DNA of 64,000 nt from Mantamonas sphyraenae STR306 (lineage: Eukaryota > Protista > CRuMs), in NCBI GenBank assembly GCA_026936335.1, contig JAPMXV010000038.1, positions 186,001 to 250,000 of the forward strand, given 5' to 3'. This document shows positions 1-12,125 of this stretch, in pieces (the stretch's first letter is position 1; every line of letters starts with the position of its first letter). Below the pieces are notes generated by a model. It had not been told where the DNA came from. It did not search any database and saw nothing but the letters and a program-made list of their open reading frames with translations. A program made the translations under genes and the position numbers.

Positions 1-2
1 CC

Positions 3-837
3 ACGTACGCCCCTCAGACCGACCGTCTCCATGACTTTCCCATCTTCAACGGCGCATACAGCACCCAATGCTACGTGGAAGCCACGGTGCGTGCTCTGGA
101 CGCCATGTTTGAGCGCCTCCCCGGTCCGCGCGCTGCATTTTTCGACAGCCTGGCTGCCGTGGCCTGCCACCGTCCCTACGAGCACATGCCCATGCAGGCC
201 ATGGCTGCGGCCATGGTATGGAGTGTCGGACGTGACGGAGGCGTCGATGCCCTCGCTGCCTTGTGCGAGGACTCCGGGGTCGACCCTGTGCAGGTGAACC
301 AGGAGATCGAAAGCACTCCCGACCTCTTTGCCCTCGTGCAGGAGCAGGGGATCAACGTGTCGCCCTCGCCTGCCTTCATGGCTCTTACGGGTGCCTTTCG
401 ACGCAGCGACGCCTTCAAGGCCTTTGCCGAGGAGAAGATGCGGCTGGGCAGCGCGGTGACATGCGAACTTGGCAACTCTCTACACGGGCTCCCTGCCGGC
501 CTGGCTGGGGGCGACCTTTGAGGACGCCCATGCCAAGGAGCTGGATCTGGCCGACAAGACCATCCTCGCGGTTGGGTACGGCTCAGGCGATGCGGCAGAG
601 GCCATCCCCATGCAAGTGGCGTCCAACTGGCGCGAGGCGGCCTCGAAGATTGCCTTTTCCGAAGCGCTGCAGGACTCGTTTGATCTGTCGCGTGAGCAGT
701 ACGAAATGCTGCACGACGGCAAAGAGGTGCAGGGCCTGCCCCAGGGCAAGGGCTTTGTCATCACCCGCGTTGGCCAGACCTACGAGGAGCACTTTCAAGA
801 CCTGGGCATCGACTTCTACGGCTATGCCCGGGAGTGA
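3..837 (+). CDS. Hydroxymethylglutaryl-CoA synthase, C-terminal part; 5' end outside the window; apparent +1 frameshift at ~477
   Basis: The frame is open from base 3 (FPIFNGAYSTQCY...CHRPY). After a frameshift it continues GN-LYTGSLPAW...VGYGSG, the conserved HMGS C-terminal motifs. TGA at 835-837. Confidence 0.8.
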
Positions 838-1145
838 GGCAGGGAAACGCGTGTTGGGGGCAAGTCGAATCCCCGCCCTTTGCCCGTTTCTCTCCCCCCC
901 TCCCGGGTGTGTCCCCACCGGATGAGAGGGCGCCATTCGGAGCCCCTCCTTCTGGAGGCGGGATTTCTCGGAGGAAGAGGAAGAGCACGATGCGCAGCGC
1001 ACGCCGGGACTCCTTCCCCAATTCCAAAAACAACAACAAACAGCACACGATTGCATACTTCCATCGCATTGCCTCTGTTGTGCGTTGAGTGAGCGCCAAC
1101 AAGGGTGAAATCGTTTGTGCATTGCTTGGTGGCGCTCCTTTTTGT

Positions 1146-2886
1146 TCACATCCTGCACACATAGCTGTTGCTGTGGGTGATGTAACGGACCCAGCGGTAG
1201 GGGACGTAGTTTGTGTTGCGTTCAATGACACGGAGGAAGCGGATGTTGACGTTGCTGCAGTTGTACATGGGGATCTCAAAGTCGACGGAGATGGGCCCGA
1301 TTTCGCGCTTGACGCCGCTGTTGCTGCCGCTGTTGCTAAAGGGGATAAACACCTTGGCACGGATAAAGGTCTCAACGCCTCCCGGGAACTTCTTGATGGT
1401 CCAAATGAGCATGTTGTCGCTCTGCTTAAACTCCCAGGACTGGCCGACGGCCCCCACAGCCATTTCGCAAGATACGTTGTTGGTGCTCTTGGGCAGGGGC
1501 AGGCGCACGACGACGTTGTTGCCGTTTGCATTCTCCGGGATGTCTGCGCGGACCTTGAGGAGGACATCGATGCGAGTGGCGCTGACCTCCTCCACAAAGG
1601 GAAAGATGCGGAACGGGGTGCGGAACTCGCTGCTGATGCGATAGCGCATGAGTTCAAACTCACCCTCGGGCGGCTGGAAGACCATGGTGCGTTCGGCCTC
1701 AAAGAGGTCGAGGTTGACACACTCGTGGAAGTTGGCGTCGTCCAGGACAACCATGCCATAGGAGGTGGACGAACCACGTCCAATGACCAGCTCCTCGTTG
1801 AGAGCCAGTCGCAGCTCTGGATAGCCGCCCAGGTAGGATTTCATCTGGATGCAGCCGTCGATCTCCGACCGAAGCACGTCGCCGTTGCTGTTGAAGAGCA
1901 CAGTGAGGCGCTCCAGGAGGTCGACAAAGATTTCGTTGCGGTCCTTGCGTGCAGAAGAGACGTTGGTTGCGATGGGCTTGTTTGTGGATGTGCTGGGTGT
2001 GGTCTTTCGGTCCTGGCTGATGTTCAGATTCGTGCTCAGCACCTCCACTTGCACGGCCTCGTTCTTCACAAAGGGCTTCAGCTTCTCTGTGCTCGTCTCC
2101 TGCGGGTACCCAAAGTCAAGGACCTCGTCCAGCAGCTCGTATGCGAGCACAAAGTTGGAACGGATCGACTGCTCGCTCAGCACGCCGCAGTAGTCCTTCA
2201 GCAGCTTTGACAGGCGGTTCAGCAGCTCTGTAAGTGCACGCATACGTGTGGGGAGGGGAGGACCGAGGCATACAGGCGGTTGGAGACTCGGTGGGTCAGT
2301 GTCGCGCCTTGGGGAGCGGTGCAACTTGGCGGGGCCTTTTCCCCTCTCTCATTCTCTCTCGCACACACTGGGAGGCCACGTACCCAAAGCAAACGATGCC
2401 GAGATGTTCATCTTGGTGGTAAAGACGAAGAACAGGCCGTTGCGCTTCACAAAGCAAAAGTTGATGTTTTCAAACGTCTGTTCATGTGTGCGTTGGGCGT
2501 CGGCGTGAGTGAGTGGGAAAGCTGGGCGGTGGAAAGCGAAAAGGACGGAGGACGTGGGAACAGCGCGTCGGGGCTCGGAAAGGAATGGTGGCCTGGCTCG
2601 GGTGGCAGCCCACAAGGGTGGCACAGGCACACGTACAAACACAGGCGGGGCATCGCCCTTGAACTGGCGGACTTGACGAAAGAAGATTTCCGGGGTGCCT
2701 TGGACGACGTCGCCACGGTCTGGACAGGAAGCAGGGACGAGCATGAGACGGGGATGGCGTTAGCGGGTTGTTGAGAATGCAGTGTGTGTGTGTGTGCGCG
2801 CGGGGGGTGTGTGTCGCCACGAACGTACAGTCGCGGTTGATGAGAGTGTCGCCACGAGGCGAGATAAGAAAGAACTGGGAGATCAT
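1146..2886 (-). CDS. AP4M1: AP-4 complex subunit mu (4 exons)
   Basis: Spliced product MISQFFLISPRGDTLINRD-YRGDV...KDYCGVLSEQSIRSNFVLAYELLDEVLDFGYPQETSTE...PYRWVRYITHSNSYVCRM. Three phase-compatible GTACGT..AG introns. Confidence 0.9.
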
Positions 2887-3118
2887 TCGAGGGGAGGATG
2901 GGCAAACACAGAACAGAGGATACAGAAAGAGAGAGGGAGAGAGAGAGAGAGAGGGAGGGAGTGGACACAGGAAATGGAAAGTGGTTGTGTGTACTTTGGG
3001 GCCTCCTTGCCGCGTTGTGTTTTTCCTCTGGGTGTGCAAGCGCGACGGAAGATTGATGATGATGATGAATGGCGGTGGGATACGCGGGAGATGTCTGGAA
3101 CATACACGCGCACAGGAA

Positions 3119-3770
3119 TCACATGTTGTTGTTTGCGCAGTCAAGGAAAGCGGCCTCCTGGGTGCGGCACTTGGCAAACTCGAGGTTGTTCTTGTCCAGG
3201 CACTGGGAGTAGTCGACAAAGGAGTCGAGACACTTGTCCTGCACCTTTTTGGTGCTGTGTGTGTGCATTGTATGCCGGTGGCAAGCGAGGGATGAGCCAG
3301 GTGCGTGCGGACGTGTGAGGGAGGAAAGGTGGACAACCGAGGAAATGTCGCCGTCGCCACGCTCTGGAGTTCTGCACACCGTCCCATGCCCGTAGTACGG
3401 GCACGGGACCGGGCACACACAATGCAATGGGTGCGAGGGTACATGCACAGGAGACCAGGGCCGTGCAAGGGCGGGCGAGGGCCACCAGAGGGCCGGGAGG
3501 GGACAACGGCCCACCCAAAGCGAGAGGAAGAAGCAACGGGGCACAGCAAAAGTGGCAGAGGAGCGGGGTGGAAGCGTGGGCTGCTATGAGCACACATGGA
3601 TACACGTACAGGTCCAGCATACAGGCGTTGACGGCGCGAGCATACTCGAGGCAGGCGCGCGGGTTGGCGTTCTGCTTTTTGCATTCGATGTACTGCTTGT
3701 TGACCTTGCCACAGTGGTCGGGCACAATCTTGGCCATGGCGTAGAGGGCATCACGCTTCGGGGTGGACAT
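3119..3770 (-). CDS. NDUFA8: Complex I subunit NDUFA8-like CX9C protein (2 exons)
   Basis: Four CX9C-type pairs: HCGKVNKQYIECKK..NPRACLEYARAVNAC and KCLDSFVDYSQCLDKNNLEFAKCRTQEAAFLDC. One ~360-nt intron. Confidence 0.8.
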
Positions 3771-3859
3771 GGTGAGCTTGGTGGGTGTTGGGGATGTGGT
3801 TGTGCTGGTCGTGGGCGGGCAAAACACACCCACAACCTGATTCCATTCCATTCTGCGGG

Positions 3860-4957
3860 TCACAACACAACACAGCCATCCTCGTAGCCCACATTCCACT
3901 TCCCATTATGCTCCAGAATCTGCTCATACATCTCATCCAGTGTCTCGCGCCACACAGGCGCCTTGATGGGTGTCGGCATCTCCGTCACCACACGGAGCTG
4001 CGGCTGCTGCACAGTGGTGTCTATGAGCACGGCGGCGTCCTTTGTCCAATCAAACAACAGGGCTGAGGTGCCTGCCTGCCACGGGTTGAGCTCGATGACC
4101 CATGCGCGTCCGTCGTGGATGACCCAATCGATGACATAGTTGTCGACGTGGCGCACGTGGGGGGCCACGTGCTGGTGAAAGCAGTCGGCAATGAGCTGCT
4201 GCACGTCATCCAGCGTGGATTTGTCCTGAAGTTGCTCAAAGTAGCATTGTGTGAAGCTCTGGCACAGGGCCGTGTGCACGCCCTGGTACACAAACCCACG
4301 AAACTCCATGGCGATATCCAAACTGCGCCAGGGCCGTACCACCAGATGGGTTTCTTCAACACCCACCTCCACACACCGTTGCAGGTAGCGCATGACCCTC
4401 TGCGAGCGAGCAAACCAGTAGAACGCCTCCTCTGCACACCGCGTCCGTGCTGCTGCCACTGTGCTGCGCAGGATAGCCTCCAGTTCCCCGTTGCTGTCCA
4501 GGGGTAACGTGTGTGCAGTACCCACACTTCCCTTCTGAACACGTTGCAGGTGTTCAAACAGCTCGTCTTGCATCGCTTCCGACCACAACACCGCATCCTT
4601 TCCGCTCAGATTGTCCAGCCTGCACATGACGCCCCACTCGTCCCCCTGTGCCAACAAATCAATCATACAGCCGTCTGTGCGGTCCATCAGCTCCTGAAGC
4701 CTCTGCGCGTGTGCCCCAGAGTACTTGATGTTGTGGCTGCTGGTTTGCCCCTCTGCCTGCGCCTGTGTGCTCTCACACACAGCCAGCATCGCCTCCAGAT
4801 CATCCTTGTCCAGAGGCATAAACTCGCACGGGAACATGACGTCCTGCAGTGCATCGTAGTACCGTGTGACGTCGTACTGTGCGTCGTACGCGTGTTCCTC
4901 CTCGCGGCTCTCGCTCGCACCGGTGCCACGGCCAGCCTCACTCGCACTCACAGACAT
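3860..4957 (-). CDS. CDC123/D123-family ATP-grasp protein with C-terminal CaaX (CVVL)
   Basis: Motifs RLDNLSGKDA, EFRGFVY..ALCQ and WVIELNPW..TSALLFDW..D. Intronless. Start set at MSVSASE. Confidence 0.8.
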   Translation of the reverse strand: MSVSASEAGRGTGASESREEEHAYDAQYDVTRYYDALQDVMFPCEFMPLDKDDLEAMLAVCESTQAQAEGQTSSHNIKYSGAHAQRLQELMDRTDGCMIDLLAQGDEWGVMCRLDNLSGKDAVLWSEAMQDELFEHLQRVQKGSVGTAHTLPLDSNGELEAILRSTVAAARTRCAEEAFYWFARSQRVMRYLQRCVEVGVEETHLVVRPWRSLDIAMEFRGFVYQGVHTALCQSFTQCYFEQLQDKSTLDDVQQLIADCFHQHVAPHVRHVDNYVIDWVIHDGRAWVIELNPWQAGTSALLFDWTKDAAVLIDTTVQQPQLRVVTEMPTPIKAPVWRETLDEMYEQILEHNGKWNVGYEDGCVVL

Positions 4958-5093
4958 GACGTGTACGTGTGAGCCGTGTGTGCGTTTGTGGGTGTGCGGA
5001 TGGGTGTGCTGCCGTTCTGTGTGCACTGGCGCACCGGAGGAGGAGCTTCTTTCAGCCTCCATAGACGCAACCAAACCCCAATCACATTCGACA

Positions 5094-6327
5094 ATGCTTG
5101 CAAACCGCACCCTCATTGCCTGCCTGATCGCCACGCTGCTGGTCATGGTGGTGGCCGACATGCCTGCCCATCACGACCTCAACAAGGACGAGCGCCGCCT
5201 GATGCACTTCCTGGACTGGGTCCAGGAGCACGGCAAGACCTACGATTCCGACGAGGAGTTCCAGCACCGCTTTGCTGTGTTTTCCAGCCATCTGGACACC
5301 ATCGAGAGCCACAACGCCAACGAGGAGCGCACCTGGACCAGTACGCTTTTTTTGGGGGTGACGCGGAGAGAAAAAAGGGCGCCCCGCGCCTTTTGGCATC
5401 CGAACGCCACGCACGGCTCACACACACACTCACACACACACTCACACCACGTCCGCCGTCCCACAGTGGGTGTCTCCCCGTACACTGACCTGACTTGGGA
5501 GGAGTTCCGCGCACGCTTCCTGCTGCGTGGCCCGCAGGTAGGTGGTTGAACGCCGCGGCACGGTTCTGTTCGCCGACGGCCGCGCTTCTGACACCCTCTC
5601 CCTCGCCACACAGAACTGCTCGGCCACCAACGAGGAGGGCTACGCGCTGCACCAGACCAGCGAGCTGCCGCACTCTGTGGACTGGCGCCAGAAGGGCGTG
5701 GTGACGCCCGTGAAGAACCAGGGCCAGTGCGGCTCCTGCTGGACGTTTTCGACGACGGGCGCGGTCGAGTCGCACCATGCGCTCAAGACTGGCACCCTTC
5801 TGTCTCTTGCTGAGCAGCAGCTGGTGGACTGTGGCAACACGTTTGGCAACAACAACCACGGTTGCAACGGTGGCCTGCCGTCCCAGGCGTTCGAGTACAT
5901 CCACGAGGCTGGAGGAATCGAGCAGGAGAAGGACTACCCGTACACTGCCCATGACGGCACGTGCAAGTTTGAGCGCTCCAAGGTGGCCGCTACGGTGATC
6001 CGCAGCTTCAACATCACCCAGGACGACGAGAACCTGCTGCACGTCAGCGTGGGCGACCACGGCCCGGTCTCCATTGCCTACGAGGTCGTGGACGACTTTA
6101 TGCACTACAAGAGCGGTGTGTACAGCTCCACCAAGTGCGGCAAGACCCCGCAGGACGTCAACCACGCCGTCCTCGCCGTCGGCTACAACACCACGTCTTC
6201 GGGCGAGCCCTACTGGATTGTCAAGAACTCGTGGGGTGCCTCTTGGGGCAACCAGGGCTACTTCTGGATCCAGCGTGGCGTCAACATGTGTGGCCTGGCC
6301 ACCTGTGCCTCGTGGCCCCTGCTGTGA
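5094..6327 (+). CDS. CTSH: Cathepsin H/aleurain-like papain cysteine protease (3 exons)
   Basis: Signal peptide, I29 propeptide, mini-chain [39 protein letters not shown]. Introns 5341-5466 and 5538-5613. Confidence 0.95.
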
Positions 6328-6499
6328 GCGGTGCTACGAGCCAATCCACAGACCGTGACTCCCCATCCCATCTCTCATCTCTCATCTCTCATCTCTCGCG
6401 CACTCTTCTTGATGCTGTCTTCCAATGTGTAGTCGGTGTGGCCAATGCGCTCGTCCACCCACCCACCGGAAAACAAAACCCAAACCAAAAACCCACGCC

Positions 6500-7726
6500 A
6501 TGTCCACCACCTCCCCCAAGCGCAAGATTGACGAGACCATCGACCAGACGGCCGACAAGCAAGATGACACCGCCCAGACCGAGGGCACAGATGAGGTAGG
6601 GTTCCCAGGCGGAAGGCTCAAAGGGGGGTCCACACGTTTTTCATCCTGTGCAGCTTTTCCTGACAACGCCCAACCGCTTCCTCGCCTCCCACAGAAACGT
6701 GCCCGCGTTGCAGACCCTGCCACCTCAGTGACAGTGGACGGCATCACATACACGATCCATGACCCGATGTTCATCTCGCACATCGAGCTTGTAGCCAAGG
6801 TAGGTGGACCTGGGCTCCTCGGAGCCCGTTCCCGGGAACCTCGTCGACCGTGTGCGTTTTCCCTCCCACCGCACAGCCTCCAAACGGCTCACGCAAACGG
6901 CGTGGCGCTGTGCACACGCACACATTTTCCATAGGATGCCGCCGAGGCAGGTGCCTTTTACGAAAAGGTGTTTGGATGGACCATCACGCCGACGGACAAG
7001 TACACGTTCTTCAGCTGCCCGTCGACAAAGAAAGGCGAGCGCTTCGTCAACGGCGGCTTTGACGTGGTGGGCGACGACCGCACCGTGTGCACCTCGGAAC
7101 AAACCTTGGTGTTCATCGTGTCGGACGACATCGACGCCACCGAAGCCAAAATCGTCGAGGCTGGAGGCGAGATCATCAAGCCCAAGTTCCCCATCATCGG
7201 AGACAACAACGGCTGGCAGAACCGCTTCCGGGACACACAGGGCAACGTGCTTGCTCTGTGGTGTCCTCCCGACGGTGAGGACGGCAAGCCCAAGATGGGA
7301 GACCACTCGGTGGGTTGCATCTGCCACGTCGAGTTCCCCACCACCGACATGGACGCCACCGTCAAGTTTTACAACACCGTCTTCAACTGGGACGGCTTTG
7401 TGTACAAGGACGAGTACGGCATGTTCATGGCCAAGATGGAGGGTGTGGAACACTCTGTGGGTGGCGGCTTCCCTCTGCGCAAAGACTGGGCTCCTCCCGC
7501 GGAAAACGAGGCTGCTGTCGTTGCCGTGTTGTTCACCTCGAACATCGACGCCACCATCGAACGCGTCAAGGCTAACGGAGGCAAGGTCATCACGCCCAAG
7601 TATGGCTGGGACACCATGCTCTTTGCAAACGTCGCCGACCCGCTCGGCAACAACATCGGTCTGTACCAGGACAACAAGGCCGGCGCCAGCACCGAGGGAG
7701 GCGAAAGCAGCAGCAGCAGTACGTAA
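6500..7726 (+). CDS. Tandem VOC (glyoxalase/bleomycin-resistance) family protein (3 exons)
   Basis: Two repeats of HxE...AxxFYxxVFxW...DIDATxxxV/IxxxGG..I.PK...FxDxxGN. Introns ~6596-6693 and ~6800-6934. Confidence 0.85.
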
Positions 7727-7791
7727 TCTGTCCGAACTGTGCTGAAATATAAGTTTTGCCCCAGCCACTCCAACCAAACACAGCTCAACAA

Positions 7792-9823
7792 ATGGGAATC
7801 CACGGCCTGCGAAAGTGGGTAGAGGGCACGTTTCCAGAGTGCGTCCACCGCATCCGGCAGACGGACAAGAAGCAGCGCAACACACCTGTGCTGTGTGACC
7901 ACATGTACGTGGACCTGAACAGCTTGCTCCACACGGCAGCACGGCGCAGCAAGAACGAGACGCAGCTCATCAAAAACCTGATTATGAAACTGGACGCCTA
8001 CTTCAAGGAGGTCACCGCCACACAGTCCGTGTTCATTGCAGTCGACGGGCCCGCACCTTTTGCCAAGCTGCACACGCAGCGCAAGCGCAGGATGGCGAAA
8101 AAGTCGGCGGGGCAGGCGAAAAAGTCCAAGGGCATGTTCAGCGGACTCAATTTTACGCCGGGCACACTGTTTATGTCCCGTCTTACCGACATCCTGCACT
8201 ACTACGTCTGCGTACGTCTCCAAACAGCGCAAAAGTGGCGTCACGTGCGTTTCTACGTCAGCGGCGCTCACGTGGTGGGCGAGGGCGAAGTGAAGCTTGT
8301 GGCACGTCTGCGGCAGCGGCTGCAGACGGCGCCGCAAGCCGAATCTCACTGCATTGTGGGCGACGACGGTGACCTGTTGCTGTTGGCACTGGCCAACAAC
8401 GCCCCCGGCGCACACATCATGGTGCTCATGGAAACCGACCAGGAAAAACACCGCAAGAGCTTGTTTTCCATCTGCCAGTGGCAGGAGCTCATGCAGCTGC
8501 AACTGGGCGCGGCAAACAGCGCAAACGTTGCCTTTGACATGGTGATCATGGGTTTCATGATGGGCAACGACTACGTCAACAAACTGCGCGGCGCAACGTT
8601 CCCCAAGCTCTGGAAGGCATACTGCAAGCTCAAGCAGACCCAACGCTTTCGCAAACGCTCCATGGTCCACTCTGACTCACGCAGCCTCGACGTTGAATTC
8701 CTTGCCGCCGTGGTGCGTTCCATCAAACCGCGCTTTCCAAACGCCAAAGAACCCGATCCCAGCAAAGAGCTCGGGGCCCTCTTTGGCGTCCATGACGACG
8801 ACAACGACGACGACGACGACGTGGCCGACGACGATGACGACAACGATGAACAGCACGGCTCTTCGTCTTCCTCTTCCTCGGGTCATCGCCAACGTCGCCG
8901 CGGCGGTGATGACGACGAGGACGAGGACGAGGACGATGACGAGGATGAGGACGGCAGCAGCAGTGGTGGTGTCAGGCCGCAGTACCACGTGGCCAATTAC
9001 CTGCAGATGCTGTTGTGGAACCTGGAGATGTACATGCAGGGTGAGTGTCCCGATGTGCACTTTCTGTACCCGTGGCGCAGGTCGCCGTACGGCTCGCAGA
9101 TTGCCAGTGCGGTGCAGGTGTTGCAGCAATCCATCAAACGCAACCAAGGGACCCCGTTTGTGTTGTATGGCGACGCACGCGACGATGCCTACCAGTTGTC
9201 GGTGGCGCAGATGGTGCAGCTGCCCCAGTTTACGCCGCCTGTCCTGCGGTCGTTGGCCTTCCGTCCTGTGCCCCTGCTGCCCTACCAGTGTGCGCTCGCC
9301 CTGCTTCCTTCCAAAGCTGTGGATTTGTTGCCCTCGCCTGTGCGCTTCATCATGCAGGAAGGCAGCCCGTTGCACGCCTTTTACGAGGATGCCGACGCCG
9401 ACGACGATATCCCCGTCACAGACATCTGCACCCTGGCCCAACAGGCGGACTGGTCCAATGCCACGTTTGAGGAGCAGCGAGCACAGAACTTTGCCTCCAC
9501 TCTGTTCTTTGAACGTCAGGGACAGGTCGATGCCGGCGACTCGCTTCAACAGTCTCTCCACACGTACTTTGTTCAGTTTGTGGCCCCCGTGGCACCCGAC
9601 GGCGTCTCTTGGGGCAGCAAGAAGAAACCCGACGTCGTGCGCAAGCAACCTGCCCTCCAGAGTGGCATCTACACAGGCCAAACTGTCCTCACGCGGCCAG
9701 ATGCGTGGGACACGTTCACGTCGTCTTTGTCCAGTAGCAACAGCAGCAGCAGCAGCAGCAGCAGCAAACACTTCATCGGAGCCGTGCTTCCTGTGTGCAG
9801 ACGTGTGCAAAAACGCCCAATGA
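7792..9823 (+). CDS. XRN-family 5'-3' exoribonuclease-like protein; 3' end uncertain
   Basis: MGIHGLRKW, DHMYVDLNSLLH, FIAVDGPAPFAKLHTQRKRR, FTPGTLFM, GEGEVKL, HCIVGDDGDL, GNDY. The frame has no stop until 11454; the end at 9823 is inferred (see findings). Confidence 0.8.
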
Positions 9824-9861
9824 GAGGGGTGGCAACAACAGTGTGTTCTTCATTATGTAGC

Positions 9862-11881
9862 TCACTTGCCCAGCACAGGCATCTTGGCAGAGTCGAGAAT
9901 AGAGGCCGGGGCCTCCTCCTCACGCCACAGCGCAGTGACAGTCTTGAGCTGGGTGTAAAAGTAGGCGCCGTTCTTGCCGTAAAAGTTGACGTCACCCTGA
10001 ATAGAGCCGCGGGAGCCCGTAAAGGAGAACATGGGCAGGGGCACGGGGATGGCCACGTTGAGACCCACCTGTCCCACATCCACCTCGTTCTGGTACTTGC
10101 GTGCGGCGGCGCCGTTCTTGGTAAAGATGGCTGTGCCGTTGCCGTACGGGTTGCGGTTCACCAGATCGATGGCGTCGTCCAGGTTTTCCTGCTCCAGGCA
10201 CACCAGCACGGGGCCAAAGATCTCCTCCTTGTAGCAGTCCATCTCCGGGGTGACTCCGGTGATGAGAGTGGGGCCCACAAAGTTGCCTCCCTCGTAACCG
10301 GGCACCTTGACACCACGACCATCCACCAACACGTTGGCTCCCTGGTCGACGGCGGTCTGAATCAGACGCTCCACACGCTCCTTGGCCTGCGGTGTGATGA
10401 GAGGACCCACAACGGTGTCGGGCTCGGTGCCCGGACCCACCTTCAGGGCCTGTGCACGCGGCACAAGCTCCTCGATCCACTGGCGCGACTCGCCGACAAA
10501 GACGGCTGCGCTGAGGGCCATGCAACGCTGTCCGGCGGCACCAAAGGCGGAACCGGCCAGCTGGTTGAGGACGTGCTCCTTGTCGGCGTCGGGCAGGATG
10601 CACGCGTGGTTCTTTGCGCCCAGGTTGGCCTGCACGCGCTTGCCGTTGCGGGAGCCTCGCTCGTGGATGTACTTGCCCACGTAGTCGGAGCCAACAAAGG
10701 AGATGGCCTTGATGTCCTCGTGGTCGCAGACAAAGTCGACGGAATCCTTGGCACCGTGGATGACGTTGCACACACCGGCTGGGAGGCCGGCCTCCATGGC
10801 CAACTCGACAAGACGCACGGCCGCACCAGGGTCCTGCTCCGAGGGCTTGAGGATGTAGGTGTTGCCCGTGGTGTTGGCCATGGGGAACATCCACAGCGGG
10901 ATCATGGCAGGGAAGTTGAAGGGAGCCACGCCGGCACACACACCCAGCGGGTAGCGGTACGAGTAGGTGTCCATGTCCTTGCTCACGTTCTGCATGCTTT
11001 CACCCATTTGGATGGTGGTCATGCTGCACGAGTGCTCCACCACCTCCAGGCCGCGGAACACGTCGCCACGCGCATCGGCAAGTGTCTTGCCCTGCTCGTA
11101 CGTAATCATCTCAGCCAGCTCCTCCGTGTGGTCACGGATCAGCTTCTGAAAGTCCAACATCACACGCACGCGGTTCGACACGCTCGTTTCCTTCCACGAC
11201 GCAAAGGCCTTCTTGGACGAGGCCACGGCCGCGTTCATCTCCTCCTGGGTCGCCTCAGGCACCAGCGAGATCACCTCGCCCGTCGCCTATCCCCGTGGGT
11301 TACGTCCCTTGTCAGCAAACGAGTCCCTTCCCTCTTTCTCTCGCCCTTTCTGTTTGTGTTGGCTGCCGAATTTGGCGCCGTGGTTTCAAACGCACCGGGT
11401 TGTGGCAAGGAATCCACTTGTCCGTCTTGGACTCGACCTTCTCGCCGTCAATGATGAGCGGCACCTTGGGCTGTGGTGGAGCAGCAAACCGAGCCGCATG
11501 GCCGTGTGCAGACGTGGCGAGTGTGAGTGGCTTGTGCACACGGGTGTTGAGGGGAGAAAGTTCCAGCGGGAGCGAGAGGGCCGTCCGGAGACTTGGCGGG
11601 ACTTTGGGCGTCGCCCACAGGGCAGAAGACACTTACGGCATCAGTGGACATGAGCTGTGGGTGCAACGGGATTGAACACAATGCACATACGGGGCGTGTG
11701 TGCATGTGCATGCGTGTCGGCGTCAGCGGGAGGTGTGTGGGTTTGGCAAAATTCTCAAGCACGGCACTTGTTGTGTGTGCACACAGACAGGCGAATCAAA
11801 ACGTACGCGCGAGGTGGCAGCTGCAGCTGAGGACGTGTTGGCTGTGGCACGGTGAAGACTCTTTGTGGATCGGGTGAACAT
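9862..11881 (-). CDS. ALDH6A1: Methylmalonate-semialdehyde dehydrogenase, mitochondrial (4 exons)
   Basis: Presequence [14 protein letters not shown]... spliced to [16 protein letters not shown] and ATGEVIS. Motifs [42 protein letters not shown]. Confidence 0.95.
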
Positions 11882-12125
11882 GTTTTTTGGGGTTTGGGGT
11901 GGGAGCGGACGCGCGAGCGGTGTGGGGCTGGTTTGCTGGCACTGCTGTTGCGTTGGCAGGTGTCGTCCAGGGCAGGGATGGGCCACGGCGCGGTGACACA
12001 TGACACAGAATGTCACATGGACACCAGAAGCAGATCAGTGCATGGTGCGCTGGCCGCCATCGTGCAATTGATGGGGTGCTTCACGAGCCGCCCCACTGAA
12101 ACCAGCACAACACTGCAATCCAGAA

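Noticed and set aside
1091-1138. GAGCGCCA...TGGCGCTC hairpin just downstream of the AP4M1 stop, considered as a SECIS element
   Set aside because: No AUGA/GA quartet, and no in-frame TGA needing recoding in either flanking gene.
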